Of a stretch of 64,000 nucleotides of DNA, positions 1 through 12,212 are shown piece by piece. The notes under the pieces were generated by a model. It saw nothing but the letters and a program-made list of their open reading frames with translations, did not search any database and was not told the DNA's origin. The stretch is from NCBI GenBank assembly GCA_964016885.1, contig OZ024742.1, positions 340,938,001-341,002,000 on the forward strand. The letters are read 5' to 3'. Numbering within the stretch: the first letter of the stretch is position 1; each line of letters begins with the position of its first letter. Position numbers and translations under genes: made by a program. This DNA comes from Eledone cirrhosa. Its lineage: Eukaryota.

Positions 1-88
1 TCCATAACTCGTAGAGTAACCTCTTACCGTACGTCAACCATATCCAGTGTAGTAATTAAGCATTACTACATCTTGGATAATCCTATAC

Positions 89-928
<840 letters not shown>

Positions 929-933
929 CTATA

Positions 934-1020
<87 letters not shown>

Positions 1021-1035
1021 ATATACACATATATA

Positions 1036-1092
<57 letters not shown>

Positions 1093-1269
1093 TATGACAT
1101 ACAATTTTATGATACAAATATGCAGAACATACGCATACACGCATACATTTAAACACATGAACTCACGTATCTATAGAGACACGCACACACAGACACACAC
1201 ATGAACACATGTATGCATATATACACACAGACTAACAATCACTTGCACACACGCATACATGCGTGTGTA

Positions 1270-1543
1270 AAGTTTTAAATCAACATATGTTGATTTAAAA
1301 CTTCACTATTCACAAGTGTTGTTTAACCTTCATATCATGTATCCCTATTTTATCTGATGAAAACGCAGATATCATCTCATGATGATATTTGTTTTTGAAA
1401 TGCGCATAATAAAATACTTGGAACTCTTTTAACCATCTTTTGATCTTATATATTATTTATACTCCAGTCCTACAAACTGTAGAGTGCTACTTATCCGATA
1501 TTTGCATTGCTTTATTGTGCTACAATAAAACTCACCTCCTACA
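1270..1543 (+). mobile_element. Short PLE 3' end (family of 14678-19177) starting with a 34-bp snap-back palindrome (1270-1303)
   Basis: Similar to 19008-19177 and to the tail at 14678-14763 (reverse complement); contains an HHR; ends in (TA)n. Confidence 0.8.
1346..1416 (+). ncRNA. Type I hammerhead ribozyme
   Basis: tattttat CTGATGA [long stem II] GAAA tgcgca TA ataaaata; palindromic ATGCGCAT stem III. Confidence 0.8.
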
Positions 1544-1572
1544 TATATATATATATATATATGTATGTATGT

Positions 1573-1687
1573 CGGAAAAGAGTCGGGATCCCGACGGCTG
1601 AGCTCCGGCCGTTTCGACAGCTAGATCGAGTTCGGATCTAGCTGTCGGAACGGCCGGAGCTCAGCGGTCGGGCCTTGACTCTTTTCG
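1573..1687. mobile_element. GC-rich ~115-bp fold-back related to the terminus of the PLE at 6290-10422
   Basis: Imperfect inverted repeat; shares ccgacggctgagctc..gccgtttcgac with 6385-6418 and 63829-63862. Confidence 0.65.
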
Positions 1688-2464
1688 TATTTATATTTAT
1701 ATATGTGTGTGCGTGCGTGTGTGTCTGTGTGTATGTGTGTGTGTGCGTGTGTGTGTGTGGGGGGGGGGTATATATATATGTGTGTGTGTGTTAGTTAGGT
1801 ATATAGTAACAGTTATAGGCAACAGGCCGTCGAAGCATTCAACGCTGTTACGAGGTCTATTCTTTGGGCTGTATTCCACTGTTACAGCTTTAGGGTGTAG
1901 AGTGTAACTAGATTTAAAAGAATCGAAGTCAGTGTTACAGCATATGTACAAACTAATTTACGTATTATAATTGTTTCGATATCGATCAGCTCAGGCTACA
2001 ATCAAGGTAACGGTGTCCGACTCGTTTGCAACATCTCATCAGATATGCGAGCTTATATGTACAAAGATGCATCTTAACTGTATGTATGTAATGTATGAGA
2101 TAACGATGTTTCATTTTAAAATGTTTTTATTCCATATCGAGAGTGACATATGTTTCACAGATGATTAACTCGATGCCTTAATTTAATGTATATATATATA
2201 TATTTATATATATATATGCCTGTATATATGCCTGTATATATGTATGTACATATGAATGTATGTATCTCGTATGTTGTTTGTAGCTTTGTATATATGTATG
2301 TTTCTTTGTCAATCAAATTTAAACACATTTTGTTTTTAATTTCACAAGTACTTCTGTATCCCCTCTGCCAACACTTCATAAACACACAGCGAGAAGGATA
2401 GAGAGAGGGAGAGGAGACAGAGAAGGAGAATGGAAGAGAGAGAGAGAGAGTTGGTGGTGTTATG

Positions 2465-2514
<50 letters not shown>

Positions 2515-2704
2515 AGTGTGTGTGTATATACATATATGTGTGTGTCTATGACCAGTGTATATAGATCACAGACACACACACACATATATATATATACATA
2601 CACACATGGTGGCTGCCAACTCGTTTTCGATTACGGCCACTACTTTATATCCATGTAGGAGAACCCCTACCGATGCGCTGACCCCTACACACATACATAC
2701 ATAT

Positions 2705-2755
<51 letters not shown>

Positions 2756-2924
2756 AACACACACACACACACACATATATATATACATACACACGTATAT
2801 ATATACGTATATATATATATATGGGGCCTTCCAGTTTCATTTCACAATATATCCGTGTGTATTTTAATTATTTAAAAATTATTTTAAAATAATTAACATA
2901 ATTTTTTTAAATATCTGAAAGTGA

Positions 2925-2954
2925 ACGTGACCCGACGGGTGACGTGTGCCCTAG
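2925..2954 (+). mobile_element. Helitron-like 3' terminus (hairpin + CTAG)
   Basis: Hairpin acgtgacccgacgggtgacgt followed 5 nt later by CTAG|T; no 5' TC end identified. Confidence 0.45.
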
Positions 2955-2993
2955 TAAAATATAGTAAATTCCTAATGTCTTGAAATGTGATTG

Positions 2994-3324
<331 letters not shown>

Positions 3325-3727
3325 CGTTTCTGAATTTGTTTAGCAAGATTCTTTATCTGAAATCGTGTGTTGATACCGATATTGTTATACTTTGGGAGGG
3401 TCATGTTGCCAATAAGAAACACACGCACCGTATGCTTTCACTTCAATTTATTATAATAAATTTATAAATTTATAAATTTATAAATTTCTGGTTGGCTGGT
3501 TGGTTCCACAACCAGATAGTTGTTTATATATTGTCATAGTTCTTTCGTCACACACTCTGTGACCTCTTCAGTGACTGGGGATTCTTTTATTTGTTTTTGT
3601 GCCTCTCCTTTGTTCTGTCCTACGCCATTTTGTTTCTGTGTGTGTGTTGTGTGCTCAGTCTGCGCATGCGCCACATCCGGGTGTCTGTGTGTGTTTATGT
3701 TCATATATTTATTTGTTTATTTACATG

Positions 3728-4410
3728 TTACTGGCTGGTTGTTTGTTTTATGTGTGTGTGTGTGTTTTCATTTTGTCCGTAATTGTAAGTTATGATGTTG
3801 TTGTTCCACTCATATTTTCTATTTAATTTTGGTTGTAATTCTTTTTTTTTTATGTTTATTGCCTCTGTGATTTGTCTAAACATTGCGTCTTTTCTGTGTG
3901 TAGATTCTATTTTTATTTCTATGTTCTCTAATTTACCCTTGTCTTCTATTTTAGCATGTTGGTAGAGTACAGATGATTCTTTACTATCTTGAAGGTCTCG
4001 CCAGTGTTCATTTATCCGTTCCCCTGCACTACGAGCTGTCTCACCTATGTACACTATATTTTTGTCTCTACATTGTCCTTCAGTACATCTTATGCTATAC
4101 ACTACATTTCTAGTTTTACAGTTAATATGGGGGCTTATTTTACAGGTTATACATTTCTTATCTATACAGGAGGGTCTTTGAAAAGGGTATGTCTTGCTAA
4201 TAAGTGTTTTTATGGAGGTACCGGGTCTTTCTACTATCTTAATATTGAGTTTATGTTTATCTAGGGCCCTTCTGAATTTGTAAGCTAATTCACCTCTAGG
4301 GGTTGCATCGATGAACATTACACTCTGGTATTTATTGCTCTCATACCATGAGTTTATTCTATTAGTCTTGTTCCTAGTTCTTTCTATTCTATTCCCCTTG
4401 TATAGGAGCA
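3728..4410 (-). pseudogene. PLE C-terminal GIY-YIG endonuclease fragment (mirror copy ~4417-5026, +, frameshifted)
   Basis: CIDKKCITC...CKTRNVVYSIRC...YIGETARS..ERINEH...RQITEA..LN motifs. Confidence 0.85.
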
Positions 4411-5227
4411 AATTTTGGAATAGAATAGGAAGAACTAGGAACAAGGCTAATAGAATAAACTCATGGTATGATAGCAATAAATACCAGAGTGTAATGTTCA
4501 TCGATACAACCCCTAGAGGTGAATAAGCTTACAAATTTAGAAGGGCCCTAGATAACATAAACTCAATATTAAGATAGTAGAAAGACCCGGTACCTCCGTA
4601 AAAACACTTATTAGCAAGACATACCCTTTTCAAAGACCCTCCTGTATAGATAAGAAATGTATAACCTGTAAAATAAGCCCCCATATTAACTGTAAAACTA
4701 GAAATGTAGTGTATAGCATAAGATGTACTGAAGGACAATGTAGAGACAAAAATATAGTGTACATAGGTGAGACAGCTCGTAGTGTAGGGGAACGGATAAA
4801 TGAACACTGGCGAGACCTTCAAGATAGTAAAGAATCATCTGTACTCTACCAACATGCTAAAATAGAACACAAGGGTAAATTAGAGAACATAGAAATAAAA
4901 ATAGAATCTACACACAGAAAAGACGCAATGTTTAGACAAATCACAGAGGCAATAAACATAAAAGAATTACAACCAAAATTAAATAGAAAATATGAGTGGA
5001 ACAGCAACATCACAACTTACAATTAAGGACAAAATGAAAACACACACACACATAGAACAAACAACCAACCAGTAACATGTAAATAAACAAATAAATAAAT
5101 GAACATAAACACACACAGACACCCGGATGTGGCGCATGCGCAGACTGAGCACACAACACACACACAGAAACAAAATGGTGTAGGACAGAACAAAGGAGAG
5201 GCACAAAAACAAAGAAAAGAATCCCCA

Positions 5228-5270
5228 GTCACTGAAGAGGTCACAGAGTGTGTGACGAAAGAACTATGAC
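5228..5270 (+). ncRNA. Minimal type I hammerhead ribozyme (mirror 3533-3575, -)
   Basis: gtca CTGAAGA g-gtcac-agagtgt-gtgac GAAA gaac TA tgac. Confidence 0.75.
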
Positions 5271-5429
5271 AATATATAAACAACTATCTGGTTGTGGAAC
5301 CAACCAACCAACCAGAAATTTATAAATTTATAAATTTATAAATTTATTATAATAAATTGAAGTGAAAGCATACGGTGCGTGTGTTTCTTATTGGCAACAT
5401 GACCCTCCCAAAGTATAACAATATATATA

Positions 5430-5861
5430 TATTATTCTGAATAATAATAAATGAAGATTTTCACATAATCAAAATATATGTTTTATTATATATATTTCGA
5501 AGGTACTGTGCTGTTTTTTCAGTACGTCCTCGTCAGATAAAATACAAGAATTGATGTATGACATACCTCAACGGTCTTGATGGTTCAATTCCAGTATTGG
5601 CAGTATTGGAATTGAACTATCAAGACAGTTGAGGTATGTCATACATAAATTCTTGTATTTTATCTGACGAGGACGTACTGAAAAAACTACAGTACCTTCG
5701 AAATATATATAATAAAACATATATTTTGATTATGTGAATGTCTTCATTTATTAATATTCTGAATAATATTAATAACTCCAGAAAACTTCTTTTGTAGAGT
5801 GCTTTTAATCTATTGTAAAACTATATTCATTGAGTAATCAATGAACCATATTAATATTTGG

Positions 5862-5862
<1 letters not shown>
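5430..5862 (+). mobile_element. Non-coding fold-back PLE derivative (arms ~5430-5768, tail to ~5862); related to 38353-38600
   Basis: Inverted repeat centred ~5600, HHR in each arm, tail ending in (TA)n. Confidence 0.8.
5657..5719 (+). ncRNA. Type I hammerhead ribozyme (mirror ~5479-5545, -)
   Basis: ttttat CTGACGA gga-c-gtactg..cagtac-cttc GAAA tatata TA ataaaa. Confidence 0.75.
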
Positions 5863-5899
<37 letters not shown>

Positions 5900-6110
5900 G
5901 AGATAACAAATATATATACATTAGATAACAAATTATCGTTATAGGTAATCCAGTTAGAGGTTGTCAATACTCCGTATTGTGGACAGTTTTAGCGTACGGC
6001 GTTGTTTGACTCAACACGATGTTTCCTTAGGTAGCGAGTTTGTGAGTTCTCACGAATTCCTATGCATATATATATGTATGTATGTATATTTATATATATA
6101 TACACACATG

Positions 6111-6151
<41 letters not shown>

Positions 6152-6171
6152 ATATATATATATACACACAC

Positions 6172-6236
<65 letters not shown>

Positions 6237-6243
6237 CACACAT

Positions 6244-6289
<46 letters not shown>

Positions 6290-6291
<2 letters not shown>

Positions 6292-9200
6292 CGAAGGAAA
6301 TGTGGTAAGGAACCAGGTGGACCATAACGCACCAAAGTACTCAATACTTGGGGTAGTAGAGTGGGTAATAGGAACCAGTAAGACCCCGACAGCTGAGCTC
6401 AAGCCGTTTCAACGGCTAATTCTGGACTAAATGAAAATTTATCCTGGTATTTAAATAGCCGATCTTCTCAAGGGGTAATTCCATATATGGTCAAAGTGAT
6501 TGTTAAAAATCAGTAGTAATTCTGTGATTGCAAATTAGTAGGGGAGATGGTGGCTAAACCTGCCAGTAGGAGAAAGAGGGGAGGGGGTGGAGTAGACCCA
6601 ATCAAGCGTTGGTAGTGCCAGCTACAGCTGGACATGAGGTCAAAGAAGATACTGGGGAGGGGGAGGGGGAGGAAGTCTGAACGGTAGGTAGAACAATGGG
6701 GGGTAAAAATATATATGAAAGAAAAAATACTGAGAGTGAAGAAAAGCGAATAAGTGTAAAGAAAAAAAAAAAAAAAAAAAAAGTAAAGCAAGTTCTACGA
6801 CCTAGGTCTCTAGCTATTGTTAGGCTAGAATAAATAAATAAATAAAGAAAGAAAGAAGTAAAGAAAGAAATAAAGAAATAACGAAATAAGTAAAAGAACT
6901 AGGTGGGACGAAATAGGCGAGGACCCTTTTAAGAGGTATAAGTACGTAAATGATACGGTGACGAGTCAACAAAAGGGGCCAAAATACTAAAGAGACTACC
7001 ACGAAATAAATAATAAAGGTTTCTATCCCGGGCACAATGCCAGCAACCACCCAGTGCAGCAAAGTGAACTAGTACGAGATAATAATTCTGAGTCCCGAAA
7101 AAAATATATACTAATGCTAACTCTAAAAGATCTAAAACAAGCTACATGAAAGTTCGTACGAAGTAAAGGTAGAATACGGAAAAATAAATTCAGAATCCAC
7201 CCCGCCCAAAAGAAAAGCGAAGAAAGAAATACTGAAACGAAAAAATAAGGCATAAGTGCCACTAAGAAATATAGAAGGCACGGAGAATAGTGGGAGCGGT
7301 CGGAAAAAGGGGGCAAGTATCCGGGGTCTAAACCAACTGCTATAAAAGGCGGAGTCCGCCAAATCTATCATAGACTAGGGGAGGGGGTACTAAGGCTACA
7401 GGGGGCCAAAGGGCAGCCTCGGGTGGGCGAGAAAAGACGCCGACAAAGGAGAAGAGCTGTGGTAGAAGGACTAAGGAGAGATGGGGGGAAGGAAATAAAG
7501 GAAGCGATAAAAGAATAAAAAGAAGATCTTACGTGTCCCTTGGCAAGCAGGGGTTACCCATTGCAAAATCGGCAAGTGGGGTTTTATAGCCCTAGTCTAC
7601 CCCCCCGGGTCATTATGGGGTTTGAGGGCGAGGTAAGTCCTACGCAATCTATGTTTACATGCAGTAACCAGTTCACCGTTCTTGTTTAGGAGTTGGTCCG
7701 TCGAAAACAGCATTTGTAAAGTTTCCTCCGAGCATAAATTGCACGGACGGCGTCCTCCCGTGTAAGAATTGGCTCTGGACAGTAATCTCCAAGTGAGATC
7801 ATAGGTGATGTTGTTGTCCTTGAGGTCCCATATGTGGCCCGAAAGTGTAGTGGCGTGACGCCGGGTCGGGTTCCGGAAGGTATGTCTATGTTGGTATAGC
7901 CGGGACTTGAACTCACATGCGGTAAGTCCTATATAGGCTTTGTTGGAGGTATCCGTCCTCACGTTGCACTGGTAGATCACATTACGGTCTCTGCATCTAT
8001 TGTCGAGTGGGCAAATGGATCTATCCGGACAGTTACACCTCCTGGTCGGTTCTCCACTGCTATTTAGGTTATTTCTGCCATCGGGGTTGAGTTTTTTGTT
8101 GTTAGAGGAGACGATGTTTTGTGCGAAGTTTGGTGTAGTGCTGTAAGAGAGTTTGATGGTATTTTTGTTAATTATGTTGTGGTAGCGGTGTTGTAATGGG
8201 AAGTGTTTTTCAATGAGCCTAAAGAATAGTTTCCCGATGGGAGTTGTCACCTCTGCGTTGTGGGGAGGATTGAACCATGTTACATTGCGTGAGCGGCGGT
8301 GTCTCCTGCTGGTTCCGCTAATGGGAGCTGGACAGTAGGATATTTCCTCCCGGAAACCACTCCGCTTGAGGGCCTGGTTGTAATAAGGCGCATGTTCATC
8401 GAATATCCGCTCATTAGCTGACAAACGGGATATGCGGAGGGAGATGTTTTTGACCAGGTTGTTTGTGATGTTCCTAGGATGGTTTGATCGGCGGTGGATG
8501 TAGTGCAGATTGTCATTAGGTTTCCTGTATGGGTAGTACAGGTCGTTTTCGAGGTCGAGGGTCACGTCCAGGAAGTTTACTCGGGTCAGGGACGTTTGTA
8601 GGGTTATTTTAAATCCCCAGTCGCGGAAGAATCTGATTAATTGTTTCCGGACCCGATCTGTACTACTGGGGTTGTACCCTTTAAGGGTAAGGAGCCCATC
8701 ATCACGGTACAATCCACCACCGAATGCAGGAAACATATCAGTGAGTTTGGCTATTAGGAATAATCCTATAAGATCTGTGAACTCCGCCGAATCCGTGGCG
8801 CCCATGCTGACGTCGAAGGGTGAGTCGGGAGCTCTTTTTATCCATTTAGAGTCGTCAAAGAGTAAGACTGTCTTCCTGGCGTGGAGGATGATTTTTCTTT
8901 CCTGGTCGGTGATGGGCACAAGTGTTTCGGCGAAGTCCAAGGCGGCAGTAAGTAGCGGTAAGGTGATTGAAGCATAGTAGCTCTCTATGTCGAACTGTAT
9001 GAATTTAGTGTCTCGTTTATCCTCCATGTTGCTGAACCATAAGATTACTTCCTGGGTGTTGATCCATAGGCTAAGTCGGGCGTGTTGCTTGACTTTTGGT
9101 ATCACGCGGTCTAGGATTTTTTTGCTGATTCTCCCTATGTCGGACTTCGTTGGGTTAATAAGCCTGATAGAGGGTTTACGGTCAAAATTGGATTTATGGT

Positions 9201-10421
9201 CCTTCAGTGTGAAGTATGGTGTCCGTGGGTCTAGAGGTTCCGTGCGGTCGGCGACCCCGAGGCTGGAGGTAATTTGTTGTCCATCTCGATTTATGTCCTC
9301 GATGCAAGAGTGGTTGGCCTTTTTATAGGTGGAGTTTAGGCTGCTCCTGATCAGTGTGTGGTATCTGTCAGGGTTGACAAAGTATAGGTTCCCAGTTTTA
9401 CCCCCACCCCTTCCCCTAGTCTATGATAGATTTGGTGGACTCCGCCTTTTATAGCAGTTGGTTTAGACCCCGGATACTTGTCCCCTTTTTCCGACCGCTC
9501 CCACTATTCTCCGTGCCTTCTATATTTCTTAGTGGCACTTATGCCTTATTTTTTCGTTTCAGTATTTCTTTCTTCGCTTTTCTATTGGGCAGGGTGGATT
9601 CTGAATTTATTTTTCCGTATTCTACCTTTACTTCGTACGAACTTTCATGTAGCTTGTTTTAGATCTTTTAGAGTTAGCATTAGTATATATTTTTTCGGGA
9701 CTCAGAATTATTATCTCGTACTAGTTCACTTTGCTGCACTGGGTGGTTGCTGGCATTGTGCCCGGGATAGAAACCTTTATTATTTATTTCGTGGTAGTCT
9801 CTTTAGTATTTTTGCCCCTTTTGTTGACCCGTCACCGTATCATTTACGTACTTATACCTCTTAAAAGGGTCCTCGCCTATTTCGTCCCACCTAGTTCTTT
9901 TACTTATTTCGTTATTTCTTTATTTCTTTCTTTACTTCTTTCTTTCTTTCTTTATTTATTTATTCTAGCCTAACAATAGCTAGAGACCTAGGTCGTAGGA
10001 CTTGCTTTACTTTTTTTTTTTTTTTTTTTTTCTTTACACTTATTCTCTTTTCTTCACTCTCAGTATTTTTTCTTTCATATATATTTCTACCCCCCATTGT
10101 TCTACCTACCGTTCCGACTTCCTCCCCCTCCCCCTCCCCAGTATCTTCTTTGACCTCATGCCCAGCTGTAGCTGGCACTACCAACGCTTGATTGGGTCTA
10201 CTCCACCCTCTCCCCTCTTTCTCCTACTGGCAGGTTTAGCCACCATCTCCCCTACTAATTTGCAATCACAGAATTACTACTGATTTTTGACAATCACTTT
10301 GACCATATATGGAATTACCCCTTGAGAAGATCGGCTATTTAAATACCAGGATAAATTTTCATTTAGTCCAGAATTAGCCGTCGAAAGGGCTTGAGCTCAG
10401 CTGTCGGGGTCTTACTGGTTC

Positions 10422-10422
<1 letters not shown>
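6290..10422 (-). mobile_element. Hydra-like PLE with ~1-kb inverted pseudo-LTRs (6370-7388 / 9400-10422) and 3' tail (6290-6369)
   Basis: RT+GIY-YIG ORF between near-identical inverted arms; (TA)n at both ends. Confidence 0.92.
7597..9399 (-). CDS. PLE reverse transcriptase + GIY-YIG endonuclease, 5'-truncated but uninterrupted
   Basis: Frame stays open upstream of the listed ORF (KTGNLYF...TLKDHK..RLINPTKSDIGRISK); FDIESYY, FDVSMG, GLYRDDGL, NFLDV, CNC..CPL..C..VIY..YIG, CNLC..E, CKH. Confidence 0.9.
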   Translation of the reverse strand, partial: KTGNLYFVNPDRYHTLIRSSLNSTYKKANHSCIEDINRDGQQITSSLGVADRTEPLDPRTPYFTLKDHKSNFDRKPSIRLINPTKSDIGRISKKILDRVIPKVKQHARLSLWINTQEVILWFSNMEDKRDTKFIQFDIESYYASITLPLLTAALDFAETLVPITDQERKIILHARKTVLLFDDSKWIKRAPDSPFDVSMGATDSAEFTDLIGLFLIAKLTDMFPAFGGGLYRDDGLLTLKGYNPSSTDRVRKQLIRFFRDWGFKITLQTSLTRVNFLDVTLDLENDLYYPYRKPNDNLHYIHRRSNHPRNITNNLVKNISLRISRLSANERIFDEHAPYYNQALKRSGFREEISYCPAPISGTSRRHRRSRNVTWFNPPHNAEVTTPIGKLFFRLIEKHFPLQHRYHNIINKNTIKLSYSTTPNFAQNIVSSNNKKLNPDGRNNLNSSGEPTRRCNCPDRSICPLDNRCRDRNVIYQCNVRTDTSNKAYIGLTACEFKSRLYQHRHTFRNPTRRHATTLSGHIWDLKDNNITYDLTWRLLSRANSYTGGRRPCNLCSEETLQMLFSTDQLLNKNGELVTACKHRLRRTYLALKPHNDPGG

Positions 10423-10462
<40 letters not shown>

Positions 10463-10951
10463 TATATATATATATATAGAGAGAGAGAGAAATAGCCTGC
10501 ATATAAAAGCGTGTGTGCATACATGTATGGGGAGACGAAATATATGATTGTGCATGTATTTCTCTGTTGTGTCAGTGTATATGTGTTCATGTTTGCACGT
10601 GTGACTCTGTTTGTAATCCTATAAAATATCATTGAAATGAACAAAGTCCACAAATATTATGGCAAAGAGAAATATAGAGATATATAAAAAGGGATATACC
10701 TATGTATGAATGTATCAATAAATCAATATATATATTCAGTCAATTGAATCATCAGCCACTATAGAATGTTCTATCTTACCCATTTATTTTCTCAGTCCTA
10801 TAGACGTGTAAATATATAACACCATTGGCAAAACATATTTCCACATCCTGACTTTTTATCAACCGGATACAGTTATTATTGATTAAACATAAATGATATA
10901 CTTTAAATTTTCAAAATGTGTTTACCATATATTAATGGTAAAGAGGAAAAT

Positions 10952-11122
10952 GGCGGTGGAATGGCAATATCGGTAGAGCGTCGGACAACATGATTTATCG
11001 TTATGGCATACTTTTGCGCCCCTTAACAATCTAAGTTCAAATCCTGCCACGGTTAGCTTTGCCTTTCATCCTGACGGGGTCAAAAATAAAGTACCAGTAA
11101 TGTACTGGGGTCAATTTAATTT
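10952..11122 (+). mobile_element. tRNA-derived SINE (octopus-type family)
   Basis: A/B-box-like tggcaatatcggtagagc...gttcaaatcc, then gcctttcatcc..ggggtc..aaataaagtaccagt core shared with other copies. Confidence 0.7.
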
Positions 11123-11214
11123 ACGAAAATGTATGCAGATAGATAGATACATACATACATTCGTACATACGGACACATATATATATATATGTGACACATA
11201 TATATATGTGACAC

Positions 11215-11245
<31 letters not shown>

Positions 11246-11319
11246 CGTGTGTATGAATATATGTATGTATATATCTACATACATTTTCGTCGATTAAATT
11301 GATGTTTAATTAGATGTTT

Positions 11320-11368
<49 letters not shown>

Positions 11369-11383
11369 GGGGGTGATAGAACA

Positions 11384-11419
11384 CAGTTAGTTCACCATAC
11401 CGGTATGGTGAACTAACTG
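11384..11419. repeat. 36-bp perfect palindrome
   Basis: cagttagttcaccatacc|ggtatggtgaactaactg between microsatellites. Confidence 0.9.
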
Positions 11420-11431
11420 CTGTGTTACTAC

Positions 11432-11470
<39 letters not shown>

Positions 11471-11543
11471 TTTCTTATATATTTGATATATATTTATCCT
11501 TATCGAGCCCTCTTTGGATTTTAGTCTTCACATTTATTATTAT

Positions 11544-11625
<82 letters not shown>

Positions 11626-12212
11626 CATCTATCATAGTTATTTATTAAGTAATATTCCAAAATTCAATATAAATAAGAACGTTTAGTTATTTGACTAAAT
11701 CCCTGTAAATTCTTGATTATTTTCGAAATTATTTGAAAATCATAGACAGTGCCATTCGTTAAAAATAAAATAACAAAAGGATTAAATGTTATCATAAAAT
11801 ATGATTTTACAAGGCCCTCTCGGTTAACCACGACCAGCACCTGGTCATTAGACTTAAAAGGTGCACCCCTATTTCTTAGTTACTCTTTGATCAGGGCCAG
11901 TGCCTGGTCATTTAGTGCTAGACTTACATTGTATGTCCCTGTCTCTCAGTTACCTTTTGATCAGAGCCAGTAGCTGGGGATTTAGTGCTAGACTTATAAT
12001 GTACCTATCAATTATGTGCCCTAATCTATCAAATAAAACAATTTCAACTTACAGTTTAGCAAGCTGAAAAACCTTAGCTTGATGCTTCTTGCTCTGGCCA
12101 AACTAAGGAAATTACTGAAGTGACAGGTCACCCTACCATATATTCATTACTTCTGATAGAGCCACAACAATATATTTCTGATTCATTTACATGAAATATT
12201 ATATAGACATTA

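Noticed and set aside
4311-4526. Hydrophobic small ORFs at fold-back centres and in pseudo-LTRs (also 6510-7371, 9423-10283)
   Set aside because: Antisense or low-complexity T-rich readings of PLE sequence.
7597-9399. Selenocysteine-type (in-frame TGA) or N-terminal-EN PLE
   Set aside because: All PLE ORFs here have a C-terminal EN, and I saw no TGA at conserved cysteines.
10952-11122. tRNA genes suggested by A/B-box motifs
   Set aside because: No complete cloverleaf; they are heads of a multicopy SINE.
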